Shown here: piece by piece, positions 18,781 through 29,370 of the stretch
Position numbering within the stretch: the first letter of the stretch is position 1
How the letters are laid out: the number at the start of each line of letters is the position of its first letter
Assembly (NCBI GenBank): GCA_034521595.1
Contig: JAXHMG010000003.1
Location: forward strand, 2,336,001 to 2,400,000
DNA: 64,000 bases
DNA from: Gemmatimonadota bacterium
GTDB lineage: Bacteria; Gemmatimonadota; Gemmatimonadetes; Longimicrobiales; Gaopeijiaceae
Direction: 5' to 3'
The notes under the pieces: generated by a model
Told to the model about the DNA's origin: nothing
The model's database searches: none
What the model saw: only the letters and a program-made list of their open reading frames with translations
Translations under genes and position numbers: made by a program

Positions 18781-20211
18781 TCAGAGCGATTGCAGGAATG
18801 AGAGCAAGGCTTCACGCTCGCTCGTGGTCATGGACCGGACCGCTTCCCGGGCGGCCTCGGCCTCGCCTCCGTGCCAAAGAACGGCCTCCAAGATCCCGCG
18901 GGCCCGGCCGTCGTGCAGAAGCCGAAATGGGCCATTCACCGTGCGCGTCAGGCCCAGGCCCCAGAGGGGTGGGGTCCGCCACTCCTGGCCGTTCGCTTCG
19001 AAGTCCGAACGTCCGTCCGCGAGTGCCGGGCCCATGTCGTGGAGCAGGAGATCCGTGTACGGATAGATGGTCTGGTTCGAGACCTCGGGCACGCCCTCCA
19101 GGGATCCCGTCTCGAGCCTCGGCACGTGGCACGATGCGCAGCCGGCTTCGACGAAGAGCTCCTCGCCACGCCGAACCTGCGGGGAATCGAGATCTCTCGG
19201 CGCGGGAACAGCCAACGTCTGCACGTAGAAGGTCGCGGCCTCCAACTCCTCGTCGTCCAGCTCCGGGTCGTCGTCCCGGCCGTCGTCTCCCAGGGCGCCC
19301 AGGCTGGCCTCCGACGCGAAGACCGTCGTCGTAACCCCCATGTCTCCCACGTACGCCGCCGCAGTCTGCTGGAGCAGCGTGGGCTGGTTTGCCTTCCAAC
19401 CGAACCGTCCCACGGCGAGTCTCTGGCTGACTTCGTCCCAGACCCGGTTGACCCGGCCCGAGATCCCGTCTCCGTCTCGGTCGTCGGGATCGGCGAGGTC
19501 GAGGAGCGTACGCTCCGGGACTGCCTCCAGGAGCCCGAGTCCGAAGACCGGTCGCGGCATCCTCGGCGATAGATACAGATCTGCCGGCAAAGCCGTGAAG
19601 GGAGCGGCAAGCGTGAAGGTGGGTCGCGTGAGCGTCATCGTCGTGCCGTCCCCCAGCGTCAGGGTCGTATCCCGCTCCTCCACCACCACCCGGGCCTCGA
19701 CGTCGACGCCGATCACGGCCTTGTCCTGGATTTGCAGACCGAATCCTTCGACCGGCACAGGCCCGCCGTGGGGCCCGGTGCCCGGCCGGCTCACGCGAAT
19801 CAACAGACCCGCGAGATCCCGTCCGTCCCGTGTGTGGCAGCGGATGCACGACGCCTGGTTGAACACGGGCCCCAGGCCTGGATTGAGATCGGCCGGCGGA
19901 GTCACGAAGGTCTGCTCGAAGGCGAGGTCCCCGTCGAGGTGCAGATCCAGTCGCTCCCCGACGAGATTGGGCGCGGGCATGGAGAAGGCGAAGCTCGTCG
20001 CATCCACGACCGTGGTCGCCCCACCCGCCCGGCTGCGCTCCCCCTCGCCGCTTGCGCTCCCGTCATCGACCCCAGGGCCCGTGGCATCGGCGCAAGACGA
20101 CAGGAGCGTCATCACAACAGCGACCGCGAGGGTCAATGCAAGAGGCCGACTGGCCGCCTCGCTCACCCGTCCCATCGAACGTCCCCCTGAAGCGCTACGC
20201 TCCTTCGCCAC
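18781..20211 (-). CDS. Di-heme oxidoreductase (DHOR/DUF1111) family lipoprotein
   Basis: CIRCH and CASCH heme motifs, GLGLLEAV, GRFGWKA, DLLLHDMG, EWRTPPLWG, LLHDGRAR; lipobox LSSC. Confidence 0.93.
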   Translation of the reverse strand: MAKERSASGGRSMGRVSEAASRPLALTLAVAVVMTLLSSCADATGPGVDDGSASGEGERSRAGGATTVVDATSFAFSMPAPNLVGERLDLHLDGDLAFEQTFVTPPADLNPGLGPVFNQASCIRCHTRDGRDLAGLLIRVSRPGTGPHGGPVPVEGFGLQIQDKAVIGVDVEARVVVEERDTTLTLGDGTTMTLTRPTFTLAAPFTALPADLYLSPRMPRPVFGLGLLEAVPERTLLDLADPDDRDGDGISGRVNRVWDEVSQRLAVGRFGWKANQPTLLQQTAAAYVGDMGVTTTVFASEASLGALGDDGRDDDPELDDEELEAATFYVQTLAVPAPRDLDSPQVRRGEELFVEAGCASCHVPRLETGSLEGVPEVSNQTIYPYTDLLLHDMGPALADGRSDFEANGQEWRTPPLWGLGLTRTVNGPFRLLHDGRARGILEAVLWHGGEAEAAREAVRSMTTSEREALLSFLQSL

Positions 20212-20230
20212 CCGCTACGTCTCCCTGGCT

Positions 20231-21331
20231 TCAGAGTTCCGACACGGCCGGCGCAATCTCTTCCTCCAGGATCTGGAGGATCTCCCGCACAGCCTCCTGA
20301 GCCGCTTCCGCTTCTGCGGTATGGTCGAAGATTGCATCTCTGAACGGCTCAGGCACAGCCTGGATAGCAGAAATCGCGGCATCGACCTGATCAACGAAGC
20401 GCTGACCGAGGTCGCCGTCAAGATCTCGAATTAGCTCATCGACACCCATGCCCTCGGATCCACCGTAGTCGCCCGTGTAAATGTTGCGGATGCTTTCGAT
20501 ATTGTTCCGGAAGTCGGTCAGCGAGTTACCGCTGAAGCGCGACTCTACGGGAAACACGCTCTGCTGTGCCAACGGATCGTTGATCTTGCCGTTCGCCACC
20601 TCGTCGGCGATCACGATCATCCCGTTCACCAGCTCCTGAACTCCTGCCTTCTCACTCTGCCAGATCGTGCTGCCGTCGCCCGCCGAGGAAAGCTCCGCCG
20701 CGAAGTTGTCACCACCGGGATCCCATGCCGTGTTCAACGCGGTGGCGTCGGCTTCGAGCGCCTGGGTGGCGGCGATGAGGTATTCGAACTCCCGATCGGT
20801 GAAGTCTCCGGGAGCCTTGGATCCGTCCACGCCCCACAGAAGGAACTCGATGGTGTGGAAGCCCTTGAGCGTTCCCTCGAGGCCGGCGACGAATCCCTGA
20901 GTCAACTCCTGGTCACCTTCCAACACCGCCGCTAGGTCGACTTCGTTGACGGGCCAGGAGTCCAAGGCCGGATCCAGCCCCTGTGTGTCCACTGGACCGA
21001 ACAGGAAGCTCTCGGACGACTCCCATGGAACCCGAGTGGCCCGCCAGGCCGATCGGGCGGCCTCGAGATTCGCTTCCGTGGTGGCGTCCCGAAGTGCGAC
21101 GACCGCGTCCAGTAGACCCTCGGACGCAAGGTCCAGATCTGCGTAGGTCGCCAGGATCACATTGTCGGCCTCGTTCTGGAGAATCGGCCGCAGATCAAAG
21201 GCCTCTTCTTCGGGGTCGGGTCCGACCCCGTCGTCCGAGGAACACGCTCCGATTCCGAGCACGCCGATCGCCAAGAGCAGGAGGAAGGGAAGGCGCGAGC
21301 ACGTGTGTCGCAGGGATTCAATCTTTGTCAT
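20231..21331 (-). CDS. Imelysin family (IrpA-like) iron-binding lipoprotein
   Basis: GFHTIEFLLW (GxHxxE), WESSESFLFGP, ESRFSGNS; lipobox IGAC. Confidence 0.92.
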   Translation of the reverse strand: MTKIESLRHTCSRLPFLLLLAIGVLGIGACSSDDGVGPDPEEEAFDLRPILQNEADNVILATYADLDLASEGLLDAVVALRDATTEANLEAARSAWRATRVPWESSESFLFGPVDTQGLDPALDSWPVNEVDLAAVLEGDQELTQGFVAGLEGTLKGFHTIEFLLWGVDGSKAPGDFTDREFEYLIAATQALEADATALNTAWDPGGDNFAAELSSAGDGSTIWQSEKAGVQELVNGMIVIADEVANGKINDPLAQQSVFPVESRFSGNSLTDFRNNIESIRNIYTGDYGGSEGMGVDELIRDLDGDLGQRFVDQVDAAISAIQAVPEPFRDAIFDHTAEAEAAQEAVREILQILEEEIAPAVSEL

Positions 21332-21407
21332 TTGAGTCTCTCTTAGTTCGCTTGCTCAGTGAGTTGTCTGCAGCGGATCTTGTAAAATCGAGTTCAGGGC
21401 GTCGTCG

Positions 21408-22691
21408 CTACCCTCCGTCCGACTCTCCTTCGAAGCCGAACTCGAACCCCAGGCCGATGGAGAACGTCTTCTCCACCTCGTCGGTGCCGAGTTCCCGGTG
21501 AGAGAATTCCGTTTTGAACGTCACCTGCCGAATCAGATGGTAGTTGAGCCCCACGGTGTAGGCGGTACGCTGCCAACGGGGATTGTCGAAGACGTCGCCC
21601 TCCACCTCGGCCATCGAGTCGTAGCGCTCGATGCGTCCGAAGAGGTCCAGGCGCTGATCGGTGGCGTCGGCCAGCGACAGCAGATCGAAGCCTGCTTCCG
21701 CGTAATATCCGGAGGCCGCGCTCCCCACCGGCGTCCGCTTCACGTTGAGGTTGTTGGAGAGATTCCGATTGGCCTGCGACACGTCGTCGGAGTTCTCCAG
21801 CGTTCCGTAAAGCCCGAGGGCCCGGACGGTCCATGGACCACGTTCCAAGGTGGCGTGCACCGAGCCCACGGTGACCGGCGCGTCCACGGCGAGATCCGGC
21901 TTGGGCCGGTTGTCCGTCGTGTTGCCGCGGTAGCCGTCAAGCCCGAGCTCCACCCCGGGGGCGAGCCGGTATTCGAGCCGACCCGCCACGGCCAGGTTCT
22001 CCGCATTCACCGTCTCGAAGCGTGTCTGGTGTCCCCGCACGATCCAGCTGGCCGACGAGAATCCGGTTGCGTCGAGGCCGTTCACCACCGAGAGCGTGTA
22101 TGCCCACCGTTCCGTAGCGCCGAGACTCCCGAACAGCTGGATACCGTTCTCGTACCAATTGGTCGGCACGAGATTGACCTCGGTCTCGGAGCGCGTGGTC
22201 CGGAAGTATTCCCGGGGCTCGTCATGGACCGAGGCGATTCCGAACGGAACCTTCAACCGCCCAACCCTGAGATTGAGCCAGGGCTTCAGGTCGATCCGTA
22301 CGTTGAGCTGCTCGAGCAGGACCTCGCCGCCGGCCTCGACCTCGGTCTCGAATTCGCCAAACTCCTCGAACTTGTCGAACTCCTTCGTGACACCCGTGCC
22401 ACCGTGCTCGAACTCGATCTCGGCGTCCAGCCGGATTCCGTTGCCGAAATCGTAACCGGGATAAAGGACGAGGCGCTCCACATCCATGGCGCTCCGCCGT
22501 TCGGGATCGGTGTCCCAGTCGAAGGCGAAGTAGTTCACCACTCCGTAGCCGCTGAGGGACCAACTCCCCGAGTCGTCCTCTACCGATTCCTGCTGAGCAA
22601 CAATCCCGTCGACCGAAACCGCCAGCCCGAGGACGGCCGCCGCGACCGCCAGTCCGCATACACGTTCCATGGACGACGGGCGGTTGATCAT
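21408..22691 (-). CDS. Outer-membrane porin-like beta-barrel of an iron-uptake operon
   Basis: Signal peptide, AEIEFEHGG motif, alternating beta-strands, first gene downstream of a Fur-like box. Confidence 0.75.
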   Translation of the reverse strand: MINRPSSMERVCGLAVAAAVLGLAVSVDGIVAQQESVEDDSGSWSLSGYGVVNYFAFDWDTDPERRSAMDVERLVLYPGYDFGNGIRLDAEIEFEHGGTGVTKEFDKFEEFGEFETEVEAGGEVLLEQLNVRIDLKPWLNLRVGRLKVPFGIASVHDEPREYFRTTRSETEVNLVPTNWYENGIQLFGSLGATERWAYTLSVVNGLDATGFSSASWIVRGHQTRFETVNAENLAVAGRLEYRLAPGVELGLDGYRGNTTDNRPKPDLAVDAPVTVGSVHATLERGPWTVRALGLYGTLENSDDVSQANRNLSNNLNVKRTPVGSAASGYYAEAGFDLLSLADATDQRLDLFGRIERYDSMAEVEGDVFDNPRWQRTAYTVGLNYHLIRQVTFKTEFSHRELGTDEVEKTFSIGLGFEFGFEGESDGG

Positions 22692-22742
22692 CTTGAAGCC
22701 TCAGGCATGACTGGAGAAGCCCCGTATTATGGTGTAAATATT

Positions 22743-22760
22743 AATGAGATCCATTCTCAA
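22743..22760. promoter_or_regulatory. Fur-like box upstream of porin-imelysin-DHOR operon
   Basis: aatgagatccattctcaa (TGAGA-N5-TCTCA inverted repeat) in an AT-rich patch about 50 bp upstream of the 22691 start. Confidence 0.75.
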
Positions 22761-23206
22761 CTATGGCGCCACACTAAGGGCGCCGATCACGACTGTCAAG
22801 GCTACAGGCTCACGGGGTCCTCCACGGGTCGTTCACGTTCTATACGTGAGATATCGAGTGTGCGTATGGCCTCGGATACCGGCTCCTACGACTTCGCCCG
22901 CTCCAAGAGCTCGCCCCTAATGGGAGGACTCGTGCGGGTCTGATGGCCGGGGATGCTCGGGGGCTCGGAGGTGGCGAAGGCTCAGCCGCAGGACCCCATG
23001 GTCGGTCGGAACCGGAGCGAGGCGGAGCTGCCTGAAGGCACACGAGATGATTCGCATCTCACCGTATCGCCGCGTTCGCGTCACGAGCCGGGGTCGGAGA
23101 AGGGATCCTGGAGGAATCCTGCTCCCCTTCTCTGGTCCGGCGCCGCGGCGGGCAAACCGTGCCCGGGGAACTTTGCCGGCTCTCCAAACATTACGAGGCT
23201 GGAGGC

Positions 23207-23578
23207 GTGAACGTTCGGCCGGGAGGCATCATCCACCACCACCGGAGAAGGACCGAGGCGAGCCGCCGGACCCTGGGTACCGTCCTGGCCGGCGCGTACG
23301 TGTTCCTCCTGGTGGGCTTGCCCCTACTCCATCACGCGCCGACCCACGGCGCGCTCTCGGCCGACCACTACCACGTCCCGGACGGGACGGCGAGCCACGA
23401 CCATGCGGGGTGCGTCCTTTTCTGGAACTCACCACCGTCGACGGCAACCGAGATTTCGTCGAAGCTTCCGGCTCCGCCCCCCGAGAGCCGACCGATCCTG
23501 CTGGTCGACGCTCCGCCGACCGCCGGTCGCTCGATCCAGCGGGCTCATCCTCCCCGAGCGCCGCCGCGCATCTCCTGA
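23207..23578 (+). CDS. DUF2946/CruR-like His-rich leader protein with C-terminal RAPP arrest motif
   Basis: Basic N-terminus plus hydrophobic segment, His cluster HHAPTH..HYH..HDHAGC, Pro-rich linker, ends PPRAPPRIS; directly upstream of a TonB receptor. Start codon uncertain. Confidence 0.75.
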   Translation: MNVRPGGIIHHHRRRTEASRRTLGTVLAGAYVFLLVGLPLLHHAPTHGALSADHYHVPDGTASHDHAGCVLFWNSPPSTATEISSKLPAPPPESRPILLVDAPPTAGRSIQRAHPPRAPPRIS

Positions 23579-23674
23579 CCCGGACCCGACCGACCGTCAC
23601 CTGACGGGGCGCCGCCGCGCTGGGCTTCGAGCCCGGCCGCAGCGCATCCCACCGTCCGTATACAGGAGAGATGC

Positions 23675-26122
23675 ATGAAGCCCTTCGCCATTCGCAACGG
23701 GGGGTGGGCGTGCGCCGCCCATCTCCCGACGACCCTCGCGCTCGTCCTCGTCGTCGCGGCATCCGTCTTCGTAGCCCCCGCCACTGCCCAGGACCGCGAA
23801 CAGCCCGGCGGGACCCTCATCGGAACCGTCACCTCGGAAGGGGGCCAGCCCCTGGGACAGGCGGACGTCCACGTTCCGGCCCTCGGCCGACAGGCCTTGA
23901 CCGACGCCCGGGGCAGCTTCCGGATGACGAACGTGCAGCCGCGCACCGTGCGCGTGCGCTTCGACCGCATCGGCTACGAATCGGCGGTCCGGGAGGTGAC
24001 GGTCTCGGCCGGCGAGGTCACCCGGGTCGAGGTGACGATGCAGACCCGGCCGATCGAGCGCGAGGAGATCGTGGTGACGGGCACGCCCAGTGCGGCGAAC
24101 CCCATGGAGACGACCCAGGACGTGGACGCGGTGGCGGCCCCGGAGCTGGCCCGCTCGCGGAGCGCCTCCCTGGGCAAGGTTCTGGAGGAGCAGGTGCCCG
24201 GGGTGGCCAACATCAGCACCGGCTCGCAGGCGGGCAAGCCCGTTCTCCGGGGCCTGAGCGGCACCCGGGTGCGCACCCTCCAGAACGGCATCGCCCAGGA
24301 CTTCTTCCAGTACGGAGTTCGCCACGCCACGCCCACCTCCCTGGCCCAGGTCGAGCGCGTCGAAGTGGTGCGGGGAGCCTCGAGCATCCTCTACGGCTCC
24401 GACGCCCTTGGTGGGGCGGTGAATATGATCACCAAGGACCTGCCTAGCGCTCCCGAGGGCCAGACCCGGATCGGAGGTGATGTCGAGGGGCAGTTCTTCT
24501 CCAACAACGAAGAGCGGGCCGGGCTCGTGGATCTCCACGCCGCCGGCGACCGCTTCGGCGCGCGGGCCGGGGTCGAGGTCCGGAAGGGTGACGACCTGAA
24601 GACGCCCGAGGCGCCCACCTTCTTCCGCGACGATCCGCGGACCGGAGTGGGCGGCGACCCGAAGTACGCCGGCGAGGTGCCCTTCACCAACTTCGAGCAA
24701 TGGTCCGTGTACGGACAAGCCGGGCTCCGGGGCGACTTCGGCAAGGCCGAGCTCTTCATGAACCACTGGTCGAACCGGCAGAACTTCCTCCTCCCCATGG
24801 GGGGGCCGGTGGGCAGCGAGGATAACCCGCCGGTGGGGCTCGGGCAGGAGTTGGGCCAGACCAACGTCGCACTCTCGGGCAACCTGGCCAGCGGGGGGGT
24901 CGTGCTGAAACCCACGCTGAGCTTCCAGCGCGCCACCCGGCAGGCGGCCACGCCGGGCGCCACCTTCGAGGCGGATCCGGACTTCCCCGTCGACCTGGCC
25001 AAGAACTCCTACACGGCGCGCTTCGAGCTCCTGCACCCGACCGTGGCCTCGCTGGACGGCACCCTGGGTGCGGAGGTCAACTACCAGGACACCGAACAGC
25101 GGGGCCCGGTGGAGTTGGAGCCGTCCTCGGAGATCCTGAACGCGGCGGTCTTCGCCTTCGAGGAGCTGGGGCTTGGCGACCTGACCCTGTCGGCGGGAGT
25201 CCGCCTCGACGTGCGCGACCAGGAGGCGGTGCCCAACGATCGCACGACCGACCCGGAGTTGCTCGAATCTACCTTCACCGAGGTCTCCGGAGGCCTGGGC
25301 TTCAACTACGAGCTGGTGGACGGTCTGGCGCTAGCCGGCAACGCGAACAGCGGCTTCCGGGCGCCGGCCATCTTCGAGCTCTATGCCAACGGGGTGCACG
25401 GGGGCGTGGCGGCCTTCCAGCGCGGGAGCCCGGAGCTCGACTCCGAGCGCTCCTTCAGCGGCGACCTGGCGCTCCGGGCCCGCACCGGACGGGTGTCGGG
25501 CAAGGTCACAGGCTACGTGAACCAGATCCAGGACTTCGTCTTTTTGGAGAACACGGGCGAGCGGAGGGAATCCGACGGTCTGCCCATCTTCTCCTCGGGG
25601 CAGACCGACGCCACCATCCGCGGGGTCGAGGGCAACGTGGAGGTGTCCACCTTCGGCGGGATCGACGTGGGCGGGAGCTTCTCGTTCCTGGACCACGAGG
25701 GCGACGGCCTTTCCGATCCCGAGGGCGGCGACGAGGACGGCCCACTTCCCCTCATCCCGGCCGACCGGCTCTCGGGCTTCGTGCGAGCCACCGCTTCGGC
25801 ACTGGGTCCTCTGAGCTCGCCCCGGCTCCGCTTCGACGTCCGGCACGGCTTCTCCAAGGACGCCGCCGGCCGCATCGAGCCCTTCTCTCAGTTCGACGAC
25901 CTCCCCTTCGGCACCGCCTCCACCGACGCCTACACTCTCTTCGACGTCGAAGGGTCGGCCACTCTGGAAATGGGCGAGGTTCCCGTCTCGCTGAGCCTGG
26001 CGGTGGAGAACCTGTCCGACGAGGTGTACCGGCAGTTCCTGGACACCTACAAGGGTTACGCGCTGTCGCCGGGCCGCAACGTGAAGCTCACCGTCAGCGC
26101 CCCTTTTCACGTGCTGCGATAG
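23675..26122 (+). CDS. TonB-dependent receptor, probable transition-metal (ZnuD-like) uptake
   Basis: GKPVLRGLSGTRV, VEVVRGASSILYGSDALGGAVN, FRAPAIFELYANGVH, PGRNVKLTV; RBS AGGAG. Confidence 0.9.
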   Translation: MKPFAIRNGGWACAAHLPTTLALVLVVAASVFVAPATAQDREQPGGTLIGTVTSEGGQPLGQADVHVPALGRQALTDARGSFRMTNVQPRTVRVRFDRIGYESAVREVTVSAGEVTRVEVTMQTRPIEREEIVVTGTPSAANPMETTQDVDAVAAPELARSRSASLGKVLEEQVPGVANISTGSQAGKPVLRGLSGTRVRTLQNGIAQDFFQYGVRHATPTSLAQVERVEVVRGASSILYGSDALGGAVNMITKDLPSAPEGQTRIGGDVEGQFFSNNEERAGLVDLHAAGDRFGARAGVEVRKGDDLKTPEAPTFFRDDPRTGVGGDPKYAGEVPFTNFEQWSVYGQAGLRGDFGKAELFMNHWSNRQNFLLPMGGPVGSEDNPPVGLGQELGQTNVALSGNLASGGVVLKPTLSFQRATRQAATPGATFEADPDFPVDLAKNSYTARFELLHPTVASLDGTLGAEVNYQDTEQRGPVELEPSSEILNAAVFAFEELGLGDLTLSAGVRLDVRDQEAVPNDRTTDPELLESTFTEVSGGLGFNYELVDGLALAGNANSGFRAPAIFELYANGVHGGVAAFQRGSPELDSERSFSGDLALRARTGRVSGKVTGYVNQIQDFVFLENTGERRESDGLPIFSSGQTDATIRGVEGNVEVSTFGGIDVGGSFSFLDHEGDGLSDPEGGDEDGPLPLIPADRLSGFVRATASALGPLSSPRLRFDVRHGFSKDAAGRIEPFSQFDDLPFGTASTDAYTLFDVEGSATLEMGEVPVSLSLAVENLSDEVYRQFLDTYKGYALSPGRNVKLTVSAPFHVLR

Positions 26123-26166
26123 TCCGCCGGCCGCGAGCCCGCCGACCCACAACCGGAGCCCACAGC

Positions 26167-26580
26167 ATGACTAGACACCGTCAGCGAATGGCCATCGCGA
26201 GCCTGGCGGTCGCCACCGCACTGCTCGCGACCGCGTGCGATCGCGGCCCCGGACCGCAGAGCATGGAGGTCACCGCGACCGCGTACACCATGCGGGAGGC
26301 GGAAACCAAGCAGGGCAACATCGGACTCGCCGCCTGGGGCGACCAGTTGGAACCGGGCATGAAGTCGATCGCCGTTTCGCGCGATCTCATCGACGAAGGC
26401 CTCGATCACATGACGGAGGTGCGAATCGAAGGACTCGAGGGCACGTACATCGTGCGTGACAAGATGAACGAGCGCTGGGAGAAGAAGATCGACATCTTCA
26501 TGGGCACCGACGTGGAGGCCGCGCGCGAGTGGGGCGAACGCCAGGTCACCATCCATTGGATCAACCCACCCGACCAGTAA
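26167..26580 (+). CDS. 3D domain-containing lipoprotein
   Basis: Lipobox ATAC; VTATAY, IAVSRDL, VRDKM, KIDIFM. Confidence 0.85.
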   Translation: MTRHRQRMAIASLAVATALLATACDRGPGPQSMEVTATAYTMREAETKQGNIGLAAWGDQLEPGMKSIAVSRDLIDEGLDHMTEVRIEGLEGTYIVRDKMNERWEKKIDIFMGTDVEAAREWGERQVTIHWINPPDQ

Positions 26581-26652
26581 ACACGATCGCTCCGGCGAGG
26601 AATCCGCGCCGGAGCGGCGCCGTGCTCGCCCGCTACGCCCCCGACCGGCCGA

Positions 26653-28662
<2,010 letters not shown>

Positions 28663-28769
28663 ACTTGCAAGGTAGGACGCCGGCGACGCGTGAGAAACCC
28701 CCCGACCGGTCCACCATTGAGATCGGGTGGCCGTCCCCGCGACGACCGTGCGCTACTGGGATGGGCGCG

Positions 28770-29228
28770 TCAGGGTGCGGGTACGACGGCCCGTACCTCG
28801 CCGCCGTCGGATCCGTCTGTTCCCGTCCTCGATGTGCCCTGAAGAGCTTCCGAGAGAACGTAGATGCCGAAGAGGCTCGCCACGGTGGCCGTCGCGGTGC
28901 GCCACCAGGAGACGGTGCGGGCTTCCGCAGTGGCCACCGACGTCGCCGGGATGGTGAGCGCCCACGAGCCGGCCTGGAAGGAATTCCCCGACGTGGCGTG
29001 CAGCGAGCGCGCGCTCAGTATCCAGGAGTCGGAGGTGCGCTCCACCAACGAGCCTTCGACGCGGCCCACGTCGTGCGCCGTGTACCCGGAGACGTCGAAG
29101 CTCCGGGGAGGGTCGAGATGCACGCGGACCGGTGTGCCCTCCGCGACGGCCGGATCGGCCTCGGACAGGGGCACGTAGTGATAGCAGCCGCCGAATACGA
29201 GCAGCACGACAGTGAGCCCTACGTACAT
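28770..29228 (-). CDS. Hypothetical lipoprotein
   Basis: MYVGLTVVLLVFGGCYHYVP lipobox-like N-terminus; C-terminal hydrophobic helix after SWWRT. Confidence 0.65.
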   Translation of the reverse strand: MYVGLTVVLLVFGGCYHYVPLSEADPAVAEGTPVRVHLDPPRSFDVSGYTAHDVGRVEGSLVERTSDSWILSARSLHATSGNSFQAGSWALTIPATSVATAEARTVSWWRTATATVASLFGIYVLSEALQGTSRTGTDGSDGGEVRAVVPAP

Positions 29229-29370
29229 GTGAGCTCGACGCCGCACCGGGACGACCTCCTCGGAGAATTTCACTCCGCTCTCCAGGTTACCAGGGACGGA
29301 AACCGGTCTTAAGACGTGCGCGCTGGTACCCTCGAAGCCCGGCCGGAGTTCGCGTGGGCGGGGCCTGCTG

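Noticed and set aside
23044-23060. gagatg-N5-catctc palindrome as a Fur/Zur box
   Set aside because: Does not match the two local Fur-like sites; single occurrence, so unsupported.
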